A DNA stretch of 64,000 nucleotides from Planctomycetia bacterium (GTDB taxonomy: Bacteria > Planctomycetota > UBA1135 > UBA2386), in NCBI GenBank assembly GCA_005776475.1, contig SXPB01000216.1, forward strand, positions 4,543 to 68,542. Direction: 5' to 3'. Under the pieces are notes generated by a model that made no database searches, was not told the DNA's origin, and was given only the letters and a program-made list of their open reading frames with translations. The position numbers and the translations under genes were made by a program. Of the stretch, positions 37,829 through 45,993 are shown one piece after another. Each line of letters begins with the position of its first letter. Within the stretch, counting starts at the first letter, position 1.

Positions 37829-40536
37829 CAGTTGGTCGTGATCTGGATCGATCGCCGTTGCACGAGCCAGACGCCGCGCTCGACCGAACCGATCGACTGG
37901 GCGAAGGTCGACAAGTCGCGGTATGGGTCCGTGGTGCCGGTGACGACACCGTCGCCGAAGTACGCCGACACGGTGAGCGTCCAGGTCCGGCCGGCCAGCA
38001 GTGGAGTGACGGCCTCGTTCGGCAGACGGACGAACGCGAAGTCGGTCAGTTCGCGCGGCACCAGCGCTTGCCACAAGCGCGTCTCGCCGGTGACTTCGTT
38101 GCGCAACTCGATGCTGCCGTGCAGCGCGTTCGCCGGCAGCGTGAACTGCACCGTGAACCCATCGGCCGGCACGGTCGCATTGGCGGCCGGCGCCACGATG
38201 TCGGGGAACTGATCGAACGCGACCGTCCCCACGGGAAAGGACGACAATCCGGCGGCGCCGCGCGGCAGCGACACCAGCGCGCCGACACCGAGCGTGTCGT
38301 TGCCCACCACGTAGTTGCCGTGCAGCAGGCCGAGCCAGCCGTGGCCGGCAGCGGTTCCGTTCAACTCGGGCAGCGTGAACGTCACGTCGGCGCCGCTGGT
38401 CGCGAAGTTGCCGTCGAGGTCGCGCACGATCGGCACGATCCGCCCGGAAGGTTGCTGCAGGGCCAGCGCCAACTGCAGCGACGGCAGCGCGAGTTCGGAA
38501 TCCGCGCCGCTGAGCGCACCCGCGAGCGTGAAGGTCGTGTCCGCGACGAGATCGAGCGCAAGGTCGCGCGCGATCCGCGCGCCTTCGACGGGCGCCGCGT
38601 CGGCGGCGATCGCCACCTTCTGCAGCGTCTTGTCGCCACCGGGCGCCGTGAACTCGATCGCCGCCAGGTTGCCGCCCGTGGCCGGGACCCCGGCAACGAA
38701 CGGACCGTGCGTGGTCGCCGGATCGACGTCGAGCGGGAGCGTCGTCGGCAACGACATCCCTTCGATGACGTCGTCCCACCATTCCTGCGCCGACAGGCGG
38801 CGCGTGGCGAGAATCGCGTGCTGCCGACCCGGGTCGGCACCGAGCAGGGTGCCGGCAAGGAGCCCGTGCCGCGCGAACGCGGCGAGCGGCGTGCGCAACA
38901 CGCGCTGCAACGGCAGCTCGAGGTGCTCGCCGTTCGGTGACACGATCGAATACGCATGCACCAGCACGCGCCCATCGCGTTCGGTGCGGACCGTCGCGGT
39001 GGCTCGCCCGGCGAAATCGCGGGTGATGAACAACACACCGCCCTCGCGCGTCTCGCCGGCGAAACCTTCGCCCGGCACTGCGCCCTGCATGATCGCGGCG
39101 TCGTAGACGGGACCGCCGCCGAACGCGTCGCTGGCGTAGGCACGCGTGCGACGGCCACCGAGATACCAGGCGCGCTGCTGGAAGAACTGGTAGGCATCGA
39201 GCCAACGGCGGCCGCGTTCGAGGAACCCGATCGCCTGTCCATAAAAGACGTCGCGCGTATCGCGCGCGCGCCCGTCCTGGAACCCGAAGTACTCGGCGGG
39301 CACGTCCTCGAAGGTGACCTGGCCCTGCGCATCACTGGTCAGCGACAACGCCACGTCGCCACGCAGCGAGCTCAGGCGCGCCGGCGCGAACACTTCGGCG
39401 CGGCCACGCAGCACCTGCTGCACGCGGATGTTGCCGGCCAGCACCGTGTCCAACGGCAAGTCGGCGAGCGCGGTCGTTCCGGCGACGACGGCGGCGGTGA
39501 CGCTGGTGCGCACCGGCAACCAGCTGCCGCCGGCCACCGCCTCCACCACACAACTGCGCGGCGCCCCGTTCGCGAGCGTTGCCGCGATGCCGGACGCGAC
39601 GAAGTTGCCGTTGCCATCGGTGACGGTCTTCACGTGATCGACGAGCACCATCACGTCCGGCAGCGAGGACGCCGGCGTTGCCGCAGCGATCACGCGACCG
39701 CTGACGGTGGTCGCCGCGACATCGACCGCGAACGCATAGAGGCCGCCCGTGTTGGCTCCGCTCGCAGTGATGCGCCCCGCCAAGCCCGTGCCATCCACCG
39801 AAGTGTCGGTCCATTCGCCCGTGGACGGGTCGAAGCGATACAGGCGGGCCTGCCCGGTGCCGAGCCCGAGGTCGTCGGCGATGTCGACGACCGCCGCCGG
39901 CGTGAAGGTCACGTCGGCAGGTTCGATCCACAGCCCGCGCGAGAACAGCCGCCCGCCGGTGGCCGGTTGCGGCAGGTCGCCAGGCAGGTGGTGTGCGGCC
40001 AGATCGCCGAGGCGCAGGTCGATGCTCACCGCTCCCGCGGGCGCACCGACGCTGGCGCCACCCGCGATCTGCAGCTGCGATCCGATCGTCGAGGTGACGA
40101 CCACGCCACCCGGCTGCGTGCCAGGCGTCAGGGTCGTGCTCGCCGCCAGCGGAAAGTCCGCGGCGAACAACGGCGCCGGCAGATCGCGGCCGGTGATCGA
40201 CGTCGCGACCTGGAACGTGCGCAGCGTGTCGCCGTTCGTCGCCGCCGCGTTCTCCGTTTCGACGCGAACCAGACGACGGCCACGCGGTTCGGCGAGGAAG
40301 TCGCCGCGACCGTTGCGGCCGGTAGTGCCTGAAGCAGTTGTGCCGCCCACCGACACCGTCGCCCCCACGACCCCGCGCGACTGGTCGTCGAGCACGACGA
40401 AGCGGCAACTGACGTCGGGGATCTCGGGCAGTTCGGGGCCGATGTCGCTGCCGTCGCCAACACCGCAGGCGACGACGAGCAAGCCGCAACCAAGGGCCGG
40501 GAGAGTCGCGCGGCGACGCGTGGGCAGGTTCCTCAC
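37828..40536 (-). CDS. large lipoprotein (902 aa), function unknown, Ig/CarboxypepD_reg-like N-terminal domain
   Basis: Track ORF 37828..40782 trimmed to GTG 40536, which overlaps the M28 stop (GTGA). VRNLPTRRRATLPALGCGLLVVACG (lipobox VVAC). Then CRFVVLDDQSRGVVGATVSVGG. Confidence 0.65.
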   Translation of the reverse strand: MRNLPTRRRATLPALGCGLLVVACGVGDGSDIGPELPEIPDVSCRFVVLDDQSRGVVGATVSVGGTTASGTTGRNGRGDFLAEPRGRRLVRVETENAAATNGDTLRTFQVATSITGRDLPAPLFAADFPLAASTTLTPGTQPGGVVVTSTIGSQLQIAGGASVGAPAGAVSIDLRLGDLAAHHLPGDLPQPATGGRLFSRGLWIEPADVTFTPAAVVDIADDLGLGTGQARLYRFDPSTGEWTDTSVDGTGLAGRITASGANTGGLYAFAVDVAATTVSGRVIAAATPASSLPDVMVLVDHVKTVTDGNGNFVASGIAATLANGAPRSCVVEAVAGGSWLPVRTSVTAAVVAGTTALADLPLDTVLAGNIRVQQVLRGRAEVFAPARLSSLRGDVALSLTSDAQGQVTFEDVPAEYFGFQDGRARDTRDVFYGQAIGFLERGRRWLDAYQFFQQRAWYLGGRRTRAYASDAFGGGPVYDAAIMQGAVPGEGFAGETREGGVLFITRDFAGRATATVRTERDGRVLVHAYSIVSPNGEHLELPLQRVLRTPLAAFARHGLLAGTLLGADPGRQHAILATRRLSAQEWWDDVIEGMSLPTTLPLDVDPATTHGPFVAGVPATGGNLAAIEFTAPGGDKTLQKVAIAADAAPVEGARIARDLALDLVADTTFTLAGALSGADSELALPSLQLALALQQPSGRIVPIVRDLDGNFATSGADVTFTLPELNGTAAGHGWLGLLHGNYVVGNDTLGVGALVSLPRGAAGLSSFPVGTVAFDQFPDIVAPAANATVPADGFTVQFTLPANALHGSIELRNEVTGETRLWQALVPRELTDFAFVRLPNEAVTPLLAGRTWTLTVSAYFGDGVVTGTTDPYRDLSTFAQSIGSVERGVWLVQRRSIQITTN

Positions 40537-41909
40537 TTCTTGTCCCCTTCGGTTGCCGCTGGGCGCGCCCCACGCGGCCTCTGGTCGAAACGGTCCGGCT
40601 CCGGCGGCGTCGCCACGCGGCTGCGGCTGCCGTCCTTGCCGACTGCGCGCACGCCGACCACCGCGTCGTCGAGACACACGCCGGGGAACGTCGCCAGCAG
40701 GCGGCCGCTGCGCGTCGGCGTCGGGTTGGCGGTCTTGGCATCGACCACGTGCGTCCAGTCGGCGTCGGTGGTCTCCCGCCACACGAACTCGCAGTCGGTG
40801 ACGCCCGCCGGCAGTTCGAACACGAGTTCGGTGTCGTACCGATCGCGACGCAGCTGCGCACTGACGACGCGCGGTGCAGGCGGCGCCGACGCGAGCTCGG
40901 CGAGCGTGGCGACGACGACGCGGGTGACGTTGGCCATGTAGCCGAAGTCGGCGAAATCGGGCACGTCGCCGTACGGCCGCCCATCGCGTTCGGTCAGGTT
41001 CTGGTGCTGGCGCGAGAAGTCCTCGCGCGGCTCGCTGAGTCGCACGGCCGGAACCCCCTGGTCGAAGAACGAACGGTGGTCACCGCCGCGCCCGAACCGA
41101 TCGCCGCGCAGGATCAGCTTGACGCCGAACTCGGGAACGTGCGTGCGCGCGGCATAGCTCACCATGCGCGCCATGCTGCGGCCGAAGCTGTCGTTGCCGC
41201 TCGGCGCGTAGCTGAAGCAGCGCACGTGCCGGTCGTAGCGCGCGCCGTCCATGCCGAGCGTGTTGCCGACGATGTCGCAGCCGATCATGCCATCGACGAC
41301 GGCCCCCGCCGCCGCCAGGGCCTTGGCATGCGCCGCCGAGCCGATGCAGCCCTGCTCTTCGCCGTCGTAGGCGACGAACACGAGCGTCGTCGGGAACGCC
41401 CGCGTCGCCAGCACGCGGCAGGCTTCGAGCGCCACCGCGGTGCCCGACGCATCGTCGACCGCGCCCGGCGCCGCGCCCTTGCCGTCTTCGCCGAGGCTGT
41501 TGCGCGAGTCGTAGTGGCCGCCGACGACGTAGACGCGCGTGGGATCCGAAGCACCGCGCAGCGTCGCGATCACGTTCACGATCGGCACCTGGGCCGGCAT
41601 GTTCGGCCGCAGGCACGGCACCGTCTCTTCCTGCAACTCAACGGTGAGCCGGCCGCCGCTGGTCGCCGCGATCGCTTCGTACTGCGCGCGCAGCCATTTG
41701 CGCGCTGCCCCGGTGCCTTCGGTGTCGCTGTCGGTGCGCGACAGCACGTGCCGCGTGCCGAAGCTCGCGAGCTTGCGCACCGTGCTCTCGAGTTGCTGCG
41801 GATCGATGCGGGCGATCGCGTCGGCGACGACCTGGCGGATCGGCGTCGGCTCCTGGGCCAACAGGCCACCGACGCAGAACGGGAACACGACGACGGCGAG
41901 GTTCTTCAT
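40533..41909 (-). CDS. M28-family aminopeptidase, exported
   Basis: Track ORF 40533..42182 trimmed to ATG 41909 (MKNLAVVVFPFCVGGLLAQ). Zinc ligand blocks YVVGGHYDS, GAVDDASGTAV, VAYDGEEQG, GGDHRSF. Confidence 0.85.
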   Translation of the reverse strand: MKNLAVVVFPFCVGGLLAQEPTPIRQVVADAIARIDPQQLESTVRKLASFGTRHVLSRTDSDTEGTGAARKWLRAQYEAIAATSGGRLTVELQEETVPCLRPNMPAQVPIVNVIATLRGASDPTRVYVVGGHYDSRNSLGEDGKGAAPGAVDDASGTAVALEACRVLATRAFPTTLVFVAYDGEEQGCIGSAAHAKALAAAGAVVDGMIGCDIVGNTLGMDGARYDRHVRCFSYAPSGNDSFGRSMARMVSYAARTHVPEFGVKLILRGDRFGRGGDHRSFFDQGVPAVRLSEPREDFSRQHQNLTERDGRPYGDVPDFADFGYMANVTRVVVATLAELASAPPAPRVVSAQLRRDRYDTELVFELPAGVTDCEFVWRETTDADWTHVVDAKTANPTPTRSGRLLATFPGVCLDDAVVGVRAVGKDGSRSRVATPPEPDRFDQRPRGARPAATEGDKK

Positions 41910-43447
41910 GCGAACAAATCGACTCCATCCATGCCCGAGGACTTCGGCAGGCCGAGGATCGGCAACAACGTGGTGGCGATGTCGCACAGGCGCCCGTGCT
42001 CGCGCAACCGGCGACCACGCGCCGCTTCGCCGGCGATGATCAGCGGCACCGGGTTCGTGGTGTGCGCGGTGTGCGGCTGGCCGGTCTCCGGATCGACCAT
42101 CATCTCGACATTGCCATGGTCGGCGGTGATCGCGACCGTGCCGCCGAGTCGCAAGAACTCCGGCACGATGCGCGCGAGGCACTGGTCGATCGTGCGCACT
42201 GCCTGCACTGCCGCCGGAATCAGGCCCGAGTGGCCGACCATGTCGGCGTTGGCGAAGTTCAGGATCGTGACGTCCGGCCGTTGGCCGCCGGCGAGCTCCG
42301 CCAGCAGCGCGTCGGTGACCGGCACGGCCGACATCTCCGGCTGCAGGTCGTACGTCGCCACCTTCGGGCTCGGGATCAACACGCGCCGCTCGCCGGGATA
42401 CTCCTTCTCGTCACCACCGGAGAAGAAGAACGTCACATGCGCGTACTTCTCGGTCTCGGCGATGCGCAGCTGCCGCATGCCGGCGCGGCTCACGACCTGC
42501 GGGAAGGTGCCTTCGAGATTCTGCGGCGCATACGCGACCGGGCACGGCAGGTCGTCGCGGTAGCGCGTCATCGTCACGAAGTGCGTCGACGGCACCGTGG
42601 CGCGGGCGAACCCGGCGAAGTCCTTGCCGACGAACGCATCGGTCAACTGCCGGGCGCGGTCGGTGCGGTAGTTGAAGAAGATCACCGCGTCGCCGGTGCG
42701 CACGCGGCCGTGGTCCGGCGACCCGACGATGGTCGGCAGCACGAACTCGTCGCCTTCGTTGCGCGCATAGGCAGCAGTGATCGCCGCCTGCGCCGAAGCC
42801 GCAGTGTGGCCCTGGCCGAGCGTCAGCGCGTCGTACGCCTTCTGCACGCGCTCCCATCGCTTGTCGCGATCCATCGCGTAGTAGCGACCGATCACGCTGG
42901 CGATGCGACCGGTGCCGCATTCCCGCATCCACTCTTCGACCCGCGCCACGTACATCTGCGCCGAACGCGGCGGCGTGTCGCGCCCGTCGAGGAACGCGTG
43001 CACGACGACACGATCGCCGAGCAGTCCCTTCGCCTTCGCCATCTGCAGCAACGCGCGCAGATGCAGGTCGCTCGAATGCACGCCGCCGTCGGAAACGAGC
43101 CCGAACAGATGCAGCGCGCCGCCGGTCTTCTGTGCATGCGCGATCGCCGACAGCAACGCGGAGTTGGTGGCGAAGCGACCTTCGCGGATCTCGCGATCGA
43201 TGCGCGTGATCTCCTGGTAGACGACGCGTCCGGCGCCGATGTTGAGATGACCGACCTCGGAGTTGCCCATCAGACCGCACGGCAGCCCGACTTCTTCGCC
43301 GCTGGCCTGCAGCAGCGTGGTTGGCCACTTCTGGCGCAGATCCAGCAAGCAGCGCGGCTGGGCAGTGTGGATCGCGTTGGCCGGGCCGGCCGGGCCCTCG
43401 CCAAAGCCGTCGAGCACGCACAACAACAGGGGCGAGTTCTTGCTCAT
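41906..43447 (-). CDS. gpmI: 2,3-bisphosphoglycerate-independent phosphoglycerate mutase
   Basis: Track ORF 41906..43705 trimmed to ATG 43447 (MSKNSPLLLCVLDGFG). GLMGNSEVGHLNIGAGR, SDGGVHS, FLDGRDTPP, NFANADMVGHSG, ITADHGN. Confidence 0.92.
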   Translation of the reverse strand: MSKNSPLLLCVLDGFGEGPAGPANAIHTAQPRCLLDLRQKWPTTLLQASGEEVGLPCGLMGNSEVGHLNIGAGRVVYQEITRIDREIREGRFATNSALLSAIAHAQKTGGALHLFGLVSDGGVHSSDLHLRALLQMAKAKGLLGDRVVVHAFLDGRDTPPRSAQMYVARVEEWMRECGTGRIASVIGRYYAMDRDKRWERVQKAYDALTLGQGHTAASAQAAITAAYARNEGDEFVLPTIVGSPDHGRVRTGDAVIFFNYRTDRARQLTDAFVGKDFAGFARATVPSTHFVTMTRYRDDLPCPVAYAPQNLEGTFPQVVSRAGMRQLRIAETEKYAHVTFFFSGGDEKEYPGERRVLIPSPKVATYDLQPEMSAVPVTDALLAELAGGQRPDVTILNFANADMVGHSGLIPAAVQAVRTIDQCLARIVPEFLRLGGTVAITADHGNVEMMVDPETGQPHTAHTTNPVPLIIAGEAARGRRLREHGRLCDIATTLLPILGLPKSSGMDGVDLFA

Positions 43448-44067
43448 GCGAGCATCTTGTCCACGGACACGGCGATGGCCTGTTGTTGGCGACGGATCTC
43501 GACCAGCACCGCGGTGGCGCGTTCGAGCGTCTTGTCCGCGAGGTCGCGGTTGGTCAGGTAGGCGGCGTTGATCCGCACGTTGAGGAAGGCGCCCTCGGCC
43601 GCGGCGAGCAGCAGCGATGCGCCCGACGCGAGGTCGCTGACGATCGCCTTGCCGACGCATCCGGTGACCTGCTGCATGGCGACGAACACGTCGCGCACCA
43701 TGCACAGCGTCTCCTCCGGCACCACCATCGCGCCGACCATCGCTTCCTGGATCGCCTTCTCGCGCAGCGCCTTCTGGTCGTCGGTGTCCTTCGGCATGCC
43801 ATAGGCCGCCGAGACCAGGTCGAACGAACGGCAGTCGCGCTCGGCCATCGGCAGGAGCCGCTTCACGTGGCCGTCGAGCAGCCCCTCGACGCGCAGCAGA
43901 TCGCCTTCACGATCGACGTTGGCCTTCTTGCCGCGCGAGAATCGCACCACCATCAGGAACAGGGCCGAGCCCATGCAACCGGCCATCGCCGCCGCAGCGC
44001 CGCCGCCAGGAGTAGGCGTCTTGGCGGCGAGGGAAGCGATGATCTGGTCGAACGATTGTTGGATCAT
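43444..44067 (-). CDS. cyclodeaminase/cyclohydrolase family protein (formimino-THF cyclodeaminase-like, FTCD_C)
   Basis: Track ORF. LAAKTPTPGGGAAAAMAGCMGSALFLMV is the hallmark N-terminal block of the family. The stop overlaps the gpmI start (ATGA). Confidence 0.85.
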   Translation of the reverse strand: MIQQSFDQIIASLAAKTPTPGGGAAAAMAGCMGSALFLMVVRFSRGKKANVDREGDLLRVEGLLDGHVKRLLPMAERDCRSFDLVSAAYGMPKDTDDQKALREKAIQEAMVGAMVVPEETLCMVRDVFVAMQQVTGCVGKAIVSDLASGASLLLAAAEGAFLNVRINAAYLTNRDLADKTLERATAVLVEIRRQQQAIAVSVDKMLA

Positions 44068-44282
44068 GACGAGGCGTTGAGTCTCTTTGGCCGTGCGGAC
44101 GGATCAAGGTCGGACCCGGATCCCTGGTGCCGCGACGCTGCCGACCCTCCCGCCGAGGTGGCTTTGCATTCCGGACAACTTCCGGGGCGGAGCTTCCCGG
44201 AACGGAGGCACTCGCGCCGGACCACACGAGCTCGTCAGGCCCGCCGGTGGCATCCGGCGAGTCCGTACGCGAGAGTCGCGTC

Positions 44283-44873
44283 ATGCTCCGCTCCACCCGT
44301 GCCACCGTCCTGGGGCTTTGCTTCGGCTTTGCCGGCTGCACCACCGCACCGGTCCCGACCTCGACGCTCATCGCGCAACTGCACGATGCACCAGCCGGCG
44401 CGATGGCCCGACTGTGGCTCGCCAACGGCCGCATCATCGGCACCGCCGTGCCGGTGGGCCCCGGCTCCATGCCGGCGGCGGTCCGCACCACGTTCGAAGC
44501 CGTGCTGCCCGGCGGCGCCCAGACGTTCGCCGGCCGCGAATCGGGCCCGCGTGGCACGGGTTTCCGCATCGACAAGAACTACGCGGAGCCGGAACACCAG
44601 CGCTCGGCACTCGTCGCCGACGACGGCGCCGTGCTCGAACGCGCGCACACCGTGACGATCGCCGAAGTGCCGCCGAACGCGCTGGCGACGGCGCTGCGCA
44701 CCGGTCCCTCGATCGAAGAAGCCTGGATCGTGTCGGGACCTGCCCGCGAGGAGTTCTGGCAGTTCGCGGTGCGCGACCGCAGTGGCCGCGCCTTCGTGGT
44801 GAAGGTCGGCCTCGACGGCACCGCACTCGGCACTGCCCGCCGCACGGCGGCGCGCATCGACGCTGCCAACTAA
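44283..44873 (+). CDS. hypothetical lipoprotein (196 aa)
   Basis: Track ORF 44127..44873 trimmed to ATG 44283 (MLRSTRATVLGLCFGFAGCTT; lipobox FAGC). Confidence 0.55.
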   Translation: MLRSTRATVLGLCFGFAGCTTAPVPTSTLIAQLHDAPAGAMARLWLANGRIIGTAVPVGPGSMPAAVRTTFEAVLPGGAQTFAGRESGPRGTGFRIDKNYAEPEHQRSALVADDGAVLERAHTVTIAEVPPNALATALRTGPSIEEAWIVSGPAREEFWQFAVRDRSGRAFVVKVGLDGTALGTARRTAARIDAAN

Positions 44874-45502
44874 CGCCGCACGCGCATCGCCGCGATCAGC
44901 CCGGCGGCACAACCACCGAGCATCGTCAGCGGAATCCACAGACAGACCTGGGCGAGGCACAGCACCGTGGCGCGGCCGAAGTCGTCCATCGCCGGAGCCC
45001 CGGGCGCGAGTTGTTCGTAGTGCGTGCCCCACAACGCGCGGACCGCGACCACGGTGAGCGCGATCACCGGCAGCCGCGCCAACACGGCGTAGACGAGCAG
45101 CACGCGCGCCAGCTCGGGCCACGCCACCACCGCGAGCAACGCCAGCGCCGGCAGCGCCAACGCCACAAACACGAACGTCGCCAGCGTCACCGAGAGCAGT
45201 GTCTTCGCGACCAGGAACACGGCGACGACGCCGAGCAGCGCTCCCACCACGAGGCGCAGCGCGCGGTTCAGATCCGCCGGTGCCTGCCCCGCCAACGCCA
45301 GGCGATGGCCGAACCACGCGCCGAACACCGGAATCAGCCAGCCGATGCCGACCACCGAGGCCCCGCCGCCAGCCCCGCGCCCGAACGCCCACGCCGGCCC
45401 ACCGGCGCGTTCGCCGACGAGGCGCGCGAGCGTCACCAACAAGGTGATCGCGGTGGCGAAGAACAGCGGTGGGCGCAGCGCGGCGGGCACGGGTTGGACC
45501 AT
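44870..45502 (-). CDS. hypothetical polytopic membrane protein (210 aa)
   Basis: Track ORF 44870..45955 trimmed to ATG 45502 (MVQPVPAALRPPLFFATAITLLVTLARL). Several hydrophobic helices follow. Confidence 0.55.
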   Translation of the reverse strand: MVQPVPAALRPPLFFATAITLLVTLARLVGERAGGPAWAFGRGAGGGASVVGIGWLIPVFGAWFGHRLALAGQAPADLNRALRLVVGALLGVVAVFLVAKTLLSVTLATFVFVALALPALALLAVVAWPELARVLLVYAVLARLPVIALTVVAVRALWGTHYEQLAPGAPAMDDFGRATVLCLAQVCLWIPLTMLGGCAAGLIAAMRVRR

Positions 45503-45562
45503 ACGGGACGCGCGGCCGGCGTCACGCTGTCCAGTCGGCGGCGTGTCGCGTACGCTGCGGGC

Positions 45563-45907
45563 ATGCGCACCATTGCCCGTCGCATCGTCCTCGCTTCCCT
45601 CGTGACCCTCGGCGCCTGCGCTGCCGGCCCGCACCAGCTGCGTCGCTCGATCGACGACTGGGACCACAAGTCGTACGTGAACAGCCCGTGGTGGAACGCG
45701 GCGCTGTGGGTCGTGCCGGTGATGCCGGCGTGCTACGTCGGTGCGTTCGTCGGCGACTTCCTGGTCACCGACCCCTGGGCGTTCTGGCTGCACGATGCAT
45801 GGGACGGCAAGGGCACTGGCTTCCAGCACCTCGAAGTGCCGTGGACCGATGGGCACATGAGCAGCCTGTGGCGCGACCGCTCCGGCTGGACTCGCGTCGA
45901 ACGCTGA
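45563..45907 (+). CDS. small hypothetical lipoprotein (114 aa)
   Basis: Last 114 codons of track ORF 44087..45907. ATG 45563 gives MRTIARRIVLASLVTLGACAAG (lipobox LGAC). Trp-rich body WDHKSYVNSPWWNAALWVVP. Confidence 0.55.
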   Translation: MRTIARRIVLASLVTLGACAAGPHQLRRSIDDWDHKSYVNSPWWNAALWVVPVMPACYVGAFVGDFLVTDPWAFWLHDAWDGKGTGFQHLEVPWTDGHMSSLWRDRSGWTRVER

Positions 45908-45993
45908 CCGGCGTCCCCGCGCAACCCGAACGGCCGTGACAGCGCGAAATCGCACAGCCGTTACGATGGGCGCGCTCGGAGATACTGCCCGCC

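Noticed and set aside
44068-44282. 215-nt leader upstream of the formimino-THF cyclodeaminase-like gene, checked for a ZTP or THF riboswitch.
   Set aside because: The conserved ZTP elements as I recall them (GGGUCGUGAC...CCGCCUGGGC) are absent. Only generic GC-rich hairpins such as GGTCGG...CCGACC are present. A covariance-model scan (Rfam/Infernal) would be needed for a definitive answer.
45929-45962. Hairpin AACGGCcGTG...CACaGCCGTT after the small lipoprotein gene. A second one, CCGCAACCggGGTTGCGG, lies at 61877-61894 between two minus-strand genes. Both are possible intrinsic terminators.
   Set aside because: The stems are short (6+3 bp and 7-8 bp) and no U-tract follows. This is not enough to call terminators without transcript data.
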